Notes under the pieces: model-generated | What the model saw: the letters and a program-made list of their open reading frames with translations, nothing else | What the model was told of the DNA's origin: nothing | Databases searched by the model: none | Position numbers and translations under genes: made by a program | DNA from: Anthoceros angustus | Lineage: Eukaryota > Plantae > Anthocerotophyta | Assembly: GCA_010909165.1 (NCBI GenBank) | Contig: MU008178.1 | Coordinates: forward strand, 508,369-572,368 | Direction of reading: 5' to 3' | Length of the DNA stretch: 64,000 nt | Shown: positions 1 through 12,329 of the stretch, piece after piece | Numbering within the stretch: the first letter of the stretch is position 1 | Layout of the letters: every line of letters begins with the position of its first letter

Positions 1-931
1 CCTTCTACTCCCCTAGCTTCACCCGCATGCACGTAGGGATGGTGCTAAGGAGGGCGCCGCCGGGCGCCCAGCTCACCCGCGGCAGAGGAGAAGAGCCACC
101 GTGGTAGTAGCTCGGGAGGGGTTGTGGAATAAGATCGTGGTCGGGGAATAAGATCTGTGGTTGGACATGTCGGGAGGTAGTAGTAGTTGAGTAGATAGGT
201 AAGAGGAGTGATGGCGGAGTGAGTCCTCACTTAGGCGAAGGTCGATGGCGATAGAAGTTAGCGTCTCTTGGCACAAACCATTCCCTTGGGAGCGAATCCT
301 AGGCCTACACGACATTGAGGGTGAATGTGGACCTCACGGTGTCCCTGCTCACACCTCCACATAACGAGCAAAATGTCGTCTTCCTTTGAGGAGAAGAAGG
401 ATGTGCGCCGCATGTGAGGGATAGGGAGATTCACCAGAGCTAGAGGAGCAGCCTCTAGGACAACTGCCTCAAGCTCAAGAGGAAGAGGAGAAGAGCCAGC
501 TGCTGAAGCAGCTCAGCCACGGAGGAGGCCCGGCCGTCCACGAGGAACAACAAGAGCTGCCCTTGCAACTAGGGCAGAGAGCGCGAGGGCTATGGAAGCC
601 CCACCACGTCCACGACCTGCTGCACTGCTTCCTCAGCCTGCTATAGTCAGCAGAATTCCAATTGAGCAGCAGCTAGATGAGGATCTTCCCATGTTCTCTA
701 GCTATGGTCCGGTGGCTATGTGGGACAAGAGCGCTGTGAAGCCCGAAGTCCCTCCTAGGTTCCCAAGATGGAGCCTTCGCAGAGATACAAGAATTGTAGG
801 CCTGGGTACACTTGTGAAACCTAATTCCCCTTTGTGGTACAGGTGTGTCATGTCCTCAATTGTCATGAAGCGTATCAAGGTGCGCGAAATTGGCGAGTTC
901 CAAGGTCATGTGATCAGCACCTATCGTAAAA

Positions 932-3224
932 CATCATAATTTTTGAAGGGGGTGAATAATCTCAAAGGGGGTTTTCCGTAAATAATCTCGATTTTTGATG
1001 GGCCCTAAAACAACGTTTTTAAGGCATTCCGGAAAACATCTCTGAAAAAAAGGGTGTCACCCACTAAAGTTCCTACTTTCCATCCAAAGAATGTTTCCGA
1101 ATGGTGGTTGCAAACTCGAACCTATGGGATTAATGCAAAGTAGGAACGTAAGGAAGGCCGCTCGCCGAAGGGACGATCAGAATTCGCTTTTTGGGAGGAA
1201 AATGTGGTTTAGTAAGGACACAACAAAAGCCACGGACAAGGTATTTCCAAAACAAGAATATCCGGAACCGACGCATAACATTCACTCTGGGACCCGGGAC
1301 AAACCGTGATTTCGCCACTCATCACCGTAGTTCAATCCTTCGTCATCACTTGGTCCACTTCTCCAAAGATTGTCATCACTATCTTCGCACTTTGACTCGC
1401 AGTATGAAGCGCAACTCGCAGAGCTTATCCCTTATCGCTTTTTGTCCACGCATACACATGTTTCCGTATGCTCAACACAAACCCATAATACGATGATGCT
1501 ATCACAAACACCTCCTGTATGTTTTGGGTAATGGACCTTATTCCCTTTTTTCCTCGGCATCATACCAGATGGGTTGGCACTCTGACGGACTATGAATTCC
1601 TACACATATCTCCCTTCGCATCCGTGGTGCTCGGTCCGATACCTGGATAAGAAAGTGAGGTCGTGGTGCATCTAGTCACACAATGACTCTCCCAATCCGA
1701 ATGGCACATTATGCGTGTCCATAGTGCACCGCAAACATCCCTTCAAGATTTCCATTATGTCCCCATTCATCCGCCGCCATTCCACTATTGCCTTCCGGCA
1801 TTTTGATATGCCCCAAGTACATATCACGCGTGGAGGTCCCTCAATAATGCCTCATCTAGCAAAGCTTCATCCGGCACTTGAAGTGGTCAGTCAGATGATC
1901 CACTTCGCACGTGAAAACCACTTTCAAGGACGAGCACTAGCCCAATGTTATTCTCCACAATGATAGCAATCTCCTTCCGTCCACCCAAAAGGCTTCCCAC
2001 CACTTGTACTCTTCAATACCACCTATGGACGCAAATCTTTTAACCCTTCCGCAAATGGGCCACACCTTCCATCGGTGATAGGATACCGTTCCTTCTACTC
2101 CCCTAGCTTCACCCGCATGCACCGTAGGATGGTGCTAAGGGAGGCGCCACGGCCGGCGCCCCCAACATGCCCCGCCATGGATGCCGGCCGGCCCGGTGCC
2201 TCCCCTAGCACACCGCCCATGGGCGCCGGCCGCCGCCCTCCCCAACACGCCCGCCGCCCATGGGCGCCGGCCGGCCGGCCGGCACCCTCCCCTAGCATAC
2301 CCTACCCTACCCATGGGCGCCAGCCGGCCAGCGCCCTCCCCATGGGCTCCTCATAGGCTGTCTTTAAGAAAATAAATATTTAGCGGCTCAAGAGTTTTGC
2401 AACTTGGGATGGTTAGTCAAGTGCTTGGGAAAAAGGTCTAGTAATGAATAGGTTCCAGGTTTAAAACTCATATCTTTTGAATAACTCAACTTTGTTGATT
2501 TTGAGAATGCTTGCATGGGCGCATGGGCAACTAACTTTGTTCATTTTAAGGACGCTGGCATTGCCTTAAAGCCCCAGTGGTTGCATTGAGTGCCAGAAGG
2601 TTGAAGACCACGATTGGCGAGCTTTTGGATGAGGGTCAGCAGACCCTAAATGTTGTGTGGCAGTCGACACTGTCCGAAGCTGAGCCCAAGAATTATACTA
2701 ATGAATATGAGCAAGCATTGGAGGAGAATGACAGCTTTGACGCAAAGGATATGGACCGCCTTCGAAATTTGGTGGTGGTCCTTGACTCAGTATCGGGGCA
2801 AGGCATAGACGAGTCGCTCGACCGCACTCTTGAATGACTATTGTCGATGCTAATGACCACTTCCTCCTTTAGCAGTTGTTTGTTGCAATGTTCTCACGAC
2901 CACTGAAATGAGACTCCCGCTAGTACAGGATTGTTTTCATTGTGTTCCACCACTTGAAAGTAAAAGTTTTCGGTTGTAATAAACATATGAAAATGGCAGC
3001 CCTCTATGCATTCTACAAAAGCAGACGGGCCACACCCTCGTGCTCTAGTTCAGGAGTGTAGACTTGAAAGTGCGTCTTTTATCAAAGGTATGGGCTCAGA
3101 AAGGGTGTGCGCATTATCAAAGTAGGGCAGATATGCTGTTCTAGGAAGGGTGTACATCGTGACAAGTGGGTGTTGTCTCGATCGAAGGGGGTTACTATAT
3201 TCCCCCCCTTCAAAAATTATCATG
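932..3224. mobile_element. Non-autonomous terminal-inverted-repeat element, copy 1 (~2.3 kb)
   Basis: The left end CATCATAATTTTTGAAGGGGGTGAATA (932) and right end TTCCCCCCCTTCAAAAATTATCATG (3224) are inverted repeats. The left ~380 bp, a middle block (~1310-1440), the GC-rich block and the right ~875 bp all recur in 5848-9641. No intact transposase ORF. Confidence 0.75.
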
Positions 3225-6200
3225 TTTAGACTTCCAGGTCTAAAGGGCTTCCCATCTCGTAGGAGTATTTGATGCCTCTGTTGGCTGTCCTCTTTAGATA
3301 CCTAAAGACTCCCTTAACACAACTCCAATGTTCCTGTCCAGGGTTTTCCAGATATTGAGATAGAACACTCGTTGCGTAAGCTACCTCTGGCCTAGTTGCG
3401 TTAGCAGCATAGATCAGTTTCCCTACTACTTGTCTATATGGCACATTTGCCATCTGATCCTTCTCACTGTGTGTGGTAGGTGACATACTCTTACTGAGTT
3501 TCAAACCAGTGGGAAGGGGAGTAGCAACGACCTTGGCATCTTTCAAACCGAATTGCTCAGCACTATCAAGTAAATATCTAGGTTGTGTCAAAGTGATCAC
3601 CTTGGTAAGCCTGCTCCTCTGAATATGGATTCCAAGGCAACTCTGAAGTGGACCTAGGTTTGACATTTTGAATTTTGTGGCCAGGAGATCTGTGATCTTA
3701 TCGATATAAGGCTGACTGTTGCTGCGGAGTATTAGATCGTCGACATAAACAACTAAGTAACATGTGACATCTCCATTAATATATATGTAGAGACTACCAT
3801 CAGCTCTACTCTTAGTGAATCCAAGAGCCAGCAGTTCTGTGTCCAGCTCAACATTCCACTTTAATGTTGATTGCTTAAGTCCATACAAGCATTTTATCAG
3901 CTTTCAGGCATAGTCTTCTTTGCCCTTAACCTTGTAGCCAGGAGGTTATTGCATATAAATCTCAGATCAGCCTTCATCTGTAGCCGGCTTTAACATCGAA
4001 CATCCGGTTCGTAATCTTGTCTGGCCACAGGCTGCGAGATGGTGCGAAGGGTAGCAAGCTTGACGACTAGAGCAAAGGTCTCGAAGTAATCAAGTCCTGG
4101 AACTTGGGAGAATCGTCTTGCAACAAGTCGGGCCTTGTATCTATCGAAGGTACCGTCGGCCTTAACCTTTAGCTTAAATACCCATTTACATGACACCATT
4201 TTTCTGCCTGGTGGAAGTTTGGCTAACTCCCATGTGCCGTTCTCTATCAGGGATTCATACTCAAATTGGATTGCCTTCTCCCACTCTTTGTGGTCAGGTC
4301 TGCTAAGGGCTTCCTGAAGTGATTGTGACTCAACAGGATCTAGTGACATAGCAGAATTGACCTGAACATGTGAAGAGGTGGGTCTGAAGTCTGGAGCTTG
4401 ATAATAATCTGGAGCTCGTCGTTCCCGAGTTGGATAACAACTTACAAGCTCTGGAGCCTGGTCAGTATCAGAATCACTGTTTTCATCATCAGGTGAGTCT
4501 TCAGCATCATCTGAATTTGGCTCATTGATTTGAGGAGGTTGCTGCTGTAGATCATTTGCATTTTCGAGTCCTGCATTTTCTATGCCTACGGCCTGCTCAT
4601 GTTGTTGCTGTGCTTCCCCCCCAGCAGCAGCAATCTCTTCAAGAGTGAAGTCTTCAAAGACAGTAACATCAGGGAGTGCAGACTCGCGTAGATCGTCCTC
4701 TAGAGCGGAAGTAGCTCCCATTGTGTGCCAGAACCGTCCTTCATCAAAGGTAACACTACGTGAGTAAACGACTTGAGCACGAGAAACATCATACAATTTA
4801 TATGCCTTGATGCCCTCTGTATAGCCAATCATAAGAAGCTTCTTGGATTTTGCAGACAGCTTCTTCCTCTTCTCCTTGGGAATAAAGGCATAGGCGATGC
4901 ATCCAAAAGTTCGAAGGTGGTGGAGAGAAGGCTTGCGGCAGAAGAAAGCTTCATATGGAGTCTGTCCCTCAACAGCAATAGTTGGCAGCCTATTTAGAAG
5001 GTAGACATATGTCATAAGGGCTTTAGCCCAATAGGGAAGTGGTAGGGAAGCATGATGTAGCAGGGAGGAAACCATCTCCTGCAGAGTTAGATTCAAATGT
5101 TCAGCTACAGCATTTTGCTATGGCGTATAAACCACTGTAAGTTGCCTGCCAATTCCCTCTTCTGCACAATATGCCTGAAACTCATGTGATGTGTAGTCCT
5201 TGAAGTAAGAGAAGCATTCACTTTTGGCTTTCAGAATATAACCAATGACAAATCTTGTCTTCTCATCTGTGAATGTGAGGAAATACCGACCACCTCCAAG
5301 AGAGGGCTGTGAGAGAGGCCCACATATGTCAGTGTGTACCAGTTCAAGAACTTCGGAAGCTCGATGTGGAGTTCTGTTCTTGAAGGCTACCTGGTGACGC
5401 TTGGAGAGCACACAGGCTTCACACAAAGGTAAGGATGGTAGTGGCCCAATCTTTCCATCATAATATAGGTCACTAGTAGCTAGCTTCTGTAGCTTGGCAC
5501 TGTGAGGGTGACCTAGGCGTGCATGCCATAACTTAACCTTCTCAACTTGTTTTGCAGATACTTTTGAAGTTTGAGAGGCTAGATGGGTCTGGGCTACACC
5601 AATATTTGTGTGCGAGTGGAGCAAATCATGATCTGATGATCCATAGACTAGTATTTTTCGATGATCAAATGCATCGATAATTCTGCATTCTGTTGGAGTG
5701 AACAGGATGTGACTGTTGTTATCCATGTTAAGCTTCCTAACAGAGATGAGATTTCTAGTCATTTCAGGGACGTAATAGACATCTGTGAGAGACAGTGTGA
5801 TCCCTGAAGGAACTGGAATTTTCACTGTGCCCATTCTTGGACTCCAAGATAATTTTTGAAGGGGGTGAATAATCTTGAAGGGGGTTTTCCGCAAATAATC
5901 TCTGAAGGGGGTTTTTGATGGGCCCTAAAACAGCATTTTGAAGGCATTGCGAAAAACAGCTTCGAAAAAAAGTGTGTCACCCAGTAAAGTTACTACTTTC
6001 CATCCAACAATGTTTGTATCGAATGGTGGTCGCAAACTCGAATCTAGGGGAATAATGCAGAGTAGGAACGGTGAGGAAGGCCGTTCCTGCCGCGAAGGGA
6101 CGACTGGAAACTCATTTTTGGGGGAAAAATGTGGTTTTGTTATGACACCACAAAAGCCACGGAAAGGGTATTTCCCTAACACAGTAACATCAGCAACCAG

Positions 6201-6492
6201 ACTTACAACATTAACTCTGAGACCCCGGGAAAAAACGAGATTTCAGTGTCACTGTGGAGTGCCAAATCCGATGTCCGTACTCCTGGTGACTTGTTTTAGG
6301 CTTGTTTTGTTTTTTTCGGGTCGTTACTGTTAAGAGGATAGGGAGGAGTTAGCCAATAAGGCCGTTTTGGCCAGATTGTACTTAGAGTGCAATCCCTAAA
6401 CCCTAGGTCCTTTAGGGCGCGAACAGGTCCGACGGGTGCTGGACTGGTCCGTCGGGATGGGGTGATCCGGCGAAGGGGAAGATATGGTCCGT

Positions 6493-6760
6493 TGGAGCGG
6501 CGTTCGACGGAGTGAGTCCGGCCGAGCGGCGTTTGACGACGGAGTGAGTCCGGCCGAGCGGCGTTTGACGGAGTGAGTCCGGCCGAGCGGCGTTCGACGG
6601 AGTGAGTCCGGTCGAGCGGCGTTCGGAATAAGTCCGGCCGGCGTTCGGAGTAAGTCCGGCCGAGCGGCGTTGACGGAGTGAGTCCGGCGGCGTTGACGGA
6701 GTGAGTCCGGTCGGCGGCGTTCGGAGTAAGTCCGGCCGGCGGCGTTCGGCAAGTAAGTCG
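6493..6760 (+). repeat. Degenerate ~26-32-bp tandem repeat (GGAGTGAGTCCGGCCGAGCGGCGTTTGAC)
   Basis: About nine adjacent units are visible, with no unique spacers. Confidence 0.85.
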
Positions 6761-7110
6761 GTCGGCGGTTACCACGATCCGAGGTTAAGGTACATAGGCG
6801 GGGTTAGGTTAGGGTATGGGGGTATATAGGAAGGCTCAAGGCCCAAGACGGGAGACTATCCGGGTACCATCTTGGCCTCCGTGTGCTCGCCTTGTGCTCG
6901 AGGCGGAGTGAGTTCCTCCACACCGTGGAGGATTAATTGGTGGTAGAGGATGTGTTTAGAGCTCGGTGACGAGCTCCGCTAACACGCTTGATGGGGTGCG
7001 GGCAGACGGACTGAGCTCGGGAGGTGCTCGCGGGTGATTTCGGGTGCGAGACTAACCTTGGAGGCTGGAGCGGAGGCTGGAGTTGCAGGTGAAGTCACTT
7101 CTTTAACGGC

Positions 7111-7295
7111 GTGAAGCGGTCGGAGGGATTAGGAGGCGCTTGGGGTGACTGGGCGGAAGCCATCCTTGGGGTCACTGAACGGAGGTCAGGGGTTGCAGTG
7201 CAAAGCTACTTCTCAGCGACGTGAAGCGGTCGGAGGGATTAGGAGGCGCTTGGGGTGACTGGGCGGAAGCCATCCTTGGGGTCACTGAACGGAGG
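7111..7295 (+). repeat. 75-bp identical direct repeat, 110-bp period
   Basis: GTGAAGCGGTCGGAGGGATT...GAACGGAGG occurs at 7111-7185 and 7221-7295. Confidence 0.9.
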
Positions 7296-10200
7296 CTGGA
7301 GTTGCAGTGCAGCTACTTCAATGTAACGGGTGGAAGGGGCAAAGGCGGCACAGTGTGAATACATCGCGTGTTGGTGTTGTGACTACCACCGGTGATGGAC
7401 AAGAGAGGAGGTCGCGTTGCGGCGTGTGGGTTGAGGCTGGATGTGGTCGAGACGGTTGAGGAGTCTTTGGGCCGCTAGAGTCGTGATCGACGGAGGAGCA
7501 GCGTCGCTAAACTGTTCGATGGTCTTGGGAAACGGCGGGGTTTGTTGGAAGGTCCGGTCGGCGGCGTTGTGAGTGAGTCCGGCGAGTTGTGGAGGGTCAC
7601 ACACTTAGGGTTGTGGAGCCGCCGGACCCAACATGATGAAGTCCGTTCAGGCGATAGGTTGTAGAGCTCAGGCAGAATAAGCACGAGACCATTCCCTTGG
7701 GAACGGACTCCTTACTACAACGACACGGGATTGTGCGCGCCCGGCTGGCCGTCAGCGAAAGTCGCGCCACATTCAGTCATCCCCAGAGTTCAATCCTTCG
7801 TCATCACTTGGTCCAGCTTCTCCTGCATTGTCATCACTATCTTTAGCGGCACTTTGACTCGCAGGTTGTATGAAGCCACGCAACTCGCAGAGCTTATCCC
7901 TTATCGCTTTTGTCCACCATACAGATGTTTGGGAGGTACCTCTACACTCGGCCAGGATCGGCTCAATTTCTTTACATTTGCTTCTAAGGTTAGCCTTCAT
8001 TCCAAGGTTGCTTCTAAGGTTAGCCTACTGAATTTTCGATGGAAGTGCCACGAGGGGTGCGTGGAATGGAGGCCACAATGGCACGCGGAGGAGGCGCCGG
8101 CGGCCGCCTCCCCTATCCGCGCACCACCCGTCGGGGTTTACGGTGGTGCGCGGAGGGATGGCGCCGGCCGGCGCCCGCCCCGCACCACCGTAGGCCCACC
8201 TAACGGAGGCGCCGGCCGGCGCCCGCCAGGCGCCAAGACCACCCGCTTGCCCACCCTATGGGTGGTTCACAGGAGGCGCCCGCCGGCACCCTCCCTCCAC
8301 GCGCCACTCGTCGGTGGGCCTACGGTGGTGCGCGGAGGGATGGCGGCCGCCGGCCGCCTCCCTTAGCACCACCCATCGGCTGGTGGGTGGAGCTGAGGCC
8401 GGCCGGCCGGCGCCTCCCCTAGCACCACCCGTTTGCCCATGGGCGCCGGCCGGCGCGCCCTCCCCAGCCATGGGCGCCGGCCGGCGCCCGCCCTCCAACA
8501 CGCCCGCCGCCCATGGGCGGCCGGCTTTCCCCTAGCACACCTATCCATGGGCACCGGCCGGCGCCCTCCCCTAGCACCACCCATGCCGGCCGGCCGCCGC
8601 CCTCCCCTAGCCTTGCCCATGGGCGCCCGCCACTAACACGCCCGCCTCCCTTGGGCTGCCCGGCCCCGCCCGCCCAACACGCCATGCCTTGCCCATGGGC
8701 GGGAGGCGGCCGGCCGCCCTCCAACACGCCATGCCTTGCCCATGGGCGGCCGGCCGGCGCCCGCCTCCTCATAGGCTGTCTTTAAGAAAATGAATATTTA
8801 GCGGCTCAATAGATTTGTAACTTGGGACCATTGGTCAAGTGTTTGGGAGAAAGGTGTAGTAATGAATAGGTTCCATGTTCAAAACCCATATTTTCTTAAT
8901 AACTCAACTTTGTTGATTTTAAGGATGCTTGCATGGGCGCATGGGCGCATGGGCAACTAACTTTGTTCATTTTAAGGACGCTGGCATTGCCTTAAAGCCC
9001 AAGTGGTTGCATTGAGTGCCAGAAGGTTGAAGACCACGACTAGCGACCTTTTGGATGAGGGTCAGCAGACCCTAGATGCTGTGTGGCAGTCGACACCGTC
9101 GGACGCTAGGCCCAAGAATGATACTATTGAAGACGAGCAAGCAATGGAGGAGAATGACAACTTTGAGGCGGACGATATGGACCGCCTCCGTACTTGACTC
9201 AGTTTCGGCGCAAGGCATGGATGAGTCGCCAGGCCGCACTCTTCAATGGCTATTGTCGATGCTGATGACCACTTCCTGCTTTAGCAGTTGTTTGTTGCAA
9301 TGTTCTCACGACCACTGAAATGAGACTCCCGCTAGTACAGGATTGTTTTCATTGTGTTCCACCACTTGAAAGTAAAAGTTTTCGGTAGTAATAAACATAT
9401 GAAAATGGCAGCCCTCTATGCATTCTACTAAAACGCAAACGGGCGCACACCCTACTGTGCTCCAGTTCTCGGGTATAGACTTGAAAGTGCATCTTTTATC
9501 AAAGGTATGGGCTCAGAAAGGGTGTGCGCATTATCAAAGTAGGGCAGATATGCTGTTCTAGGAAAGGTGTTCTTCGTGATAAGGGGGTGCTGTCTCGACC
9601 GAAGGGGGTTACTATATTCCCCCCCTTCAAAAATTATCATGTTGGAGACACAAGTGATCTATCGTCACCCAGGTAAACGAACTGATCTTTAGCGGGTTTG
9701 TATGTGACGAATGCATTCCTATCGAAACAAATGTGCGCTATTGCACCAGTATCAAGGTACCACTCATGAAATGGTTTACCTTGTATGTTTGTTGACAAAT
9801 AGGTGGGATTAGCAAGGGGATGAACAAACTCCCTGGTCCCTACAGTCAGGGCAGCAGGAGAAGATTGCTTCTTTACAACAACGTGTGTCTCAGAAGTGGA
9901 ATTGCTCTCCTTGCGAGGTATTCTGGCTTGCTTCTTACGACACTCACTTTCCCAATGACCTGGAATTTGGCACCAGTGGCATTTTCCAGTCTTCTTGGTT
10001 TTCTTCTGTGAAGGTGCTCGCTGTGAGCTTCCACCACTTGGGGCATTCTGTTTGCCTCTGAAGTTAGGTTTTCCACCTTTTCCTCGATTTGCGGTGTAGA
10101 GAGCCTGCTGCTTGCCACCATGCCTGTTAGATCCCTTTGTACCTTCTTCCTGGAGAAGAGCTCCCACTAACTCCGAAAATGTTGTTTTAGGGAGTTCAAC

Positions 10201-10960
10201 TTTTGCAGCCTTTGCAAGTTTTGTGGCCTTGAGCTATGAGGCGTTGAAGGAGGTCACAAAATGTGACCATGACTCTGGAAGAGAAAGCAGGAAGTACATC
10301 ATCAGTGCTTCATCCTTGAGGCTTTTCTTGGAGGCACTTTCCAGCTTAGAGACAAGTGTCCTAAAGTTTCCAAGGTGTTTGTCAACTAAATCTCCATCTC
10401 TCATTTTGCAATTCTGGAGATTGCGAAGAGCTATCATTTGGCTGGTGATGTTGGTGCCTGCATATAAGTCCTGAAATCGAGACCATATGTCTGCTGAAGT
10501 GTCACATCCAGAGCTCTGCCTCAGCATGTTAGAGGTAAGCCCACTCCGGATTAGGTACATGGCAGCTTCATGCTTCATGTTTCTGTTTTTCAGCAGTTGA
10601 AGGGGCAGAATCAGGAGGTTCTGTTTCAGGAAACTTTTCCTCCCCAGTGGCCACTTTCCACAACTTTTTATTTTGTAGGGCTCCCTGCATCCTCATGACC
10701 CAGATGTCAAAGTCTATTCCCCCAAACCTGTCTTTTTCTTTGAAACCATCTCCACCCATACTGGATGAAGAGTCAGCCATTGTAGGAGGATTTTAATGAG
10801 TCCTGCCTAGTGTGTTGATTCTGTGGCTATTTAGCTAATGCTAAAATGCCTGTTTGACCTAACCTGTGTAGGCCAAAAGCAGGGCTACTAGTTTTAAAGA
10901 CAAGGGGCACCTAAGATGCTACTGTTACATCAAAGGTGGGCTGCACAGTGCAGCCGATTT

Positions 10961-11719
10961 CTATAGAGGATTAGCAGGGTTAGCAGGTCTGTCATTTACA
11001 TGAAGCATTGCAGACTGCTGTGCCTGGTTTCTGGTTATTCTGTTATTCCTACTCTCCCACCTATTGTATGCATAGGTTGAACATGAAGGACAGGAATTTG
11101 GGCTATCGAATTTAATGATTTTGTTTGTTTTGCTAACAAGCTTGCATGTAGTTCCTTTGTGAACTGGATGTGTTAGTAATTCAGGCTTCAGCAAAGCTAG
11201 CAATTTAAAATCGATATGCAAAATCTGTTCCTTCAGGTCTAGGACATCAACTCCAACGGAAGCAATTCTCTGTTTAGTATTGTTGTATCTCCTGTCCACG
11301 CTTCTCTGATGTGCTTCAATTCTTTCAGTTAGATCACTTACAACATTATGTGGTGCTGTGTGTATAGTGATGAAACCTCTGAGATTTCCATTCCCGTCGA
11401 AGGCACGTTGAACGCGAACTTCAGGCAGATTGTTGGGGTTCCTGGCAGGCGGAGTGAAGACCAGATGTCTTTCGTTGGGGTAGAGAGTTTTGATTATTGT
11501 ATTGAAGGACTCCCTTAGTTCAGTGGCTTGCATAGGCTCGTTTCGATTGCGAACTGTCCATTCCCAAGCTGCTTCGTGTAGTTGTTCTGCAACTGTAGCC
11601 CTAGCGGGTGCGCCCTAATCAGCTTGAGGCAGATTTGATCTCCGACGGGCTAGCCATTGTGGCACTCATGTATCGGGGCGTAGTTGCCACTGATTAGGGG
11701 CCTCCTGGTTGTTGGCCAT
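10961..11719 (-). pseudogene. Decayed 252-codon accessory ORF between the Copia PBS and gag
   Basis: The ATG at 11719 is in frame with the 190-aa ORF 10961-11533. Only two in-frame stops interrupt it (TGA 11666-68, TAG 11615-17), each one base from TGG. It contains a coiled-coil-like segment and a CPSC motif. Confidence 0.7.
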
Positions 11720-12053
11720 TCATTTGGCCTTGTTTTGTATTATTAGAATGCATAAGTATGCATTCAAATGTTCAATTAGCAGATTTTTCTATAGAGTGCC
11801 TGCAGATCAGGCAGTTGTCCTAGTGTATCTCCATCAAATTTTTCTGGAAAAAATCTGGCAGAGTTACACTAGAATTGCTACCTTGATTTGCTAGGTTCTA
11901 TACAATAAAGAGCAGAAAAAGCAATACAAAACATTTTCTTGATGTATATCTTGTGTTCTTGATTTAATTTCTATTTCTAATTAAGAAACAACAAGCATAT
12001 ACAAAATGCACAATTCTATGTGCATCCCCTAGGATGCAATCTACATCAGAAGT

Positions 12054-12065
12054 GCTCTGATACCA
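12054..12065 (-). other. Primer binding site (initiator tRNA-Met) of the Copia element
   Basis: Exact TGGTATCAGAGC on the minus strand next to the LTR. Confidence 0.9.
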
Positions 12066-12329
12066 TAACGAGATATAGGATAAATGTAGATCAATTACCA
12101 ATTAAGTAATTATATATATCATTGAGTATCAAGAAACGCTTAAGTGCTTATGTATGAAAAGACACTATCTAAAACTAAAAAGACATAACTGTTGGCTAAG
12201 GGTTGTAACCCTAATGAACGGGTACTTCATATATTATTATTTCTGCTACCCTTATAATCGCACATATAATTAATGCTGACCTAATTCACGGATATGCTCA
12301 ACACTATCCTTTAATACTGATGCTTTTGT

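Larger units (their letters stand above)
5848..9641. mobile_element. Non-autonomous terminal-inverted-repeat element, copy 2 (~3.8 kb), inserted in the Copia protease region
   Basis: Same termini as copy 1 (GATAATTTTTGAAGGGGGTGAATA ... CCCCCCTTCAAAAATTATCATG). It splits the Copia protein between GDDRSL and MGTVKI and carries an extra ~1.5-kb insert (~6260-7730). Confidence 0.8.
3225..12303 (-). mobile_element. Ty1/Copia LTR retrotransposon, 3'-truncated and interrupted by the TIR element at 5848-9641
   Basis: 5' LTR ~12066-12303 starts TGTTG on the minus strand, followed by the tRNA-iMet PBS TGGTATCAGAGC (12054-12065). Gag 10780-9643 has FGGIDFDIWVMRM, a CCHC knuckle CHWCQIPGHWESEC and protease WYLDTGAIAH. 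GAG-pre-integrase and integrase 5848-5118 (WHARLGHP, ELVHTDICGP). Integrase/RT 5096-3990 (CKWVFKLK, YKARLVAR). RT 3888-3226 (LVVYVDDL). RNase H and 3' LTR are absent. Confidence 0.92.

Noticed and set aside
8256-8785. Many overlapping Gly/Arg/Pro-rich ORFs
   Set aside because: They arise from GC-rich CCATGGGCGCCGGCCGG repeats that lack stop codons in all frames.
932-9641. The two large direct repeats as LTRs of one retrotransposon enclosing integrase/RT
   Set aside because: They lack TG..CA ends and have TIRs; gag and the true LTR/PBS lie outside them at 9643-12303.
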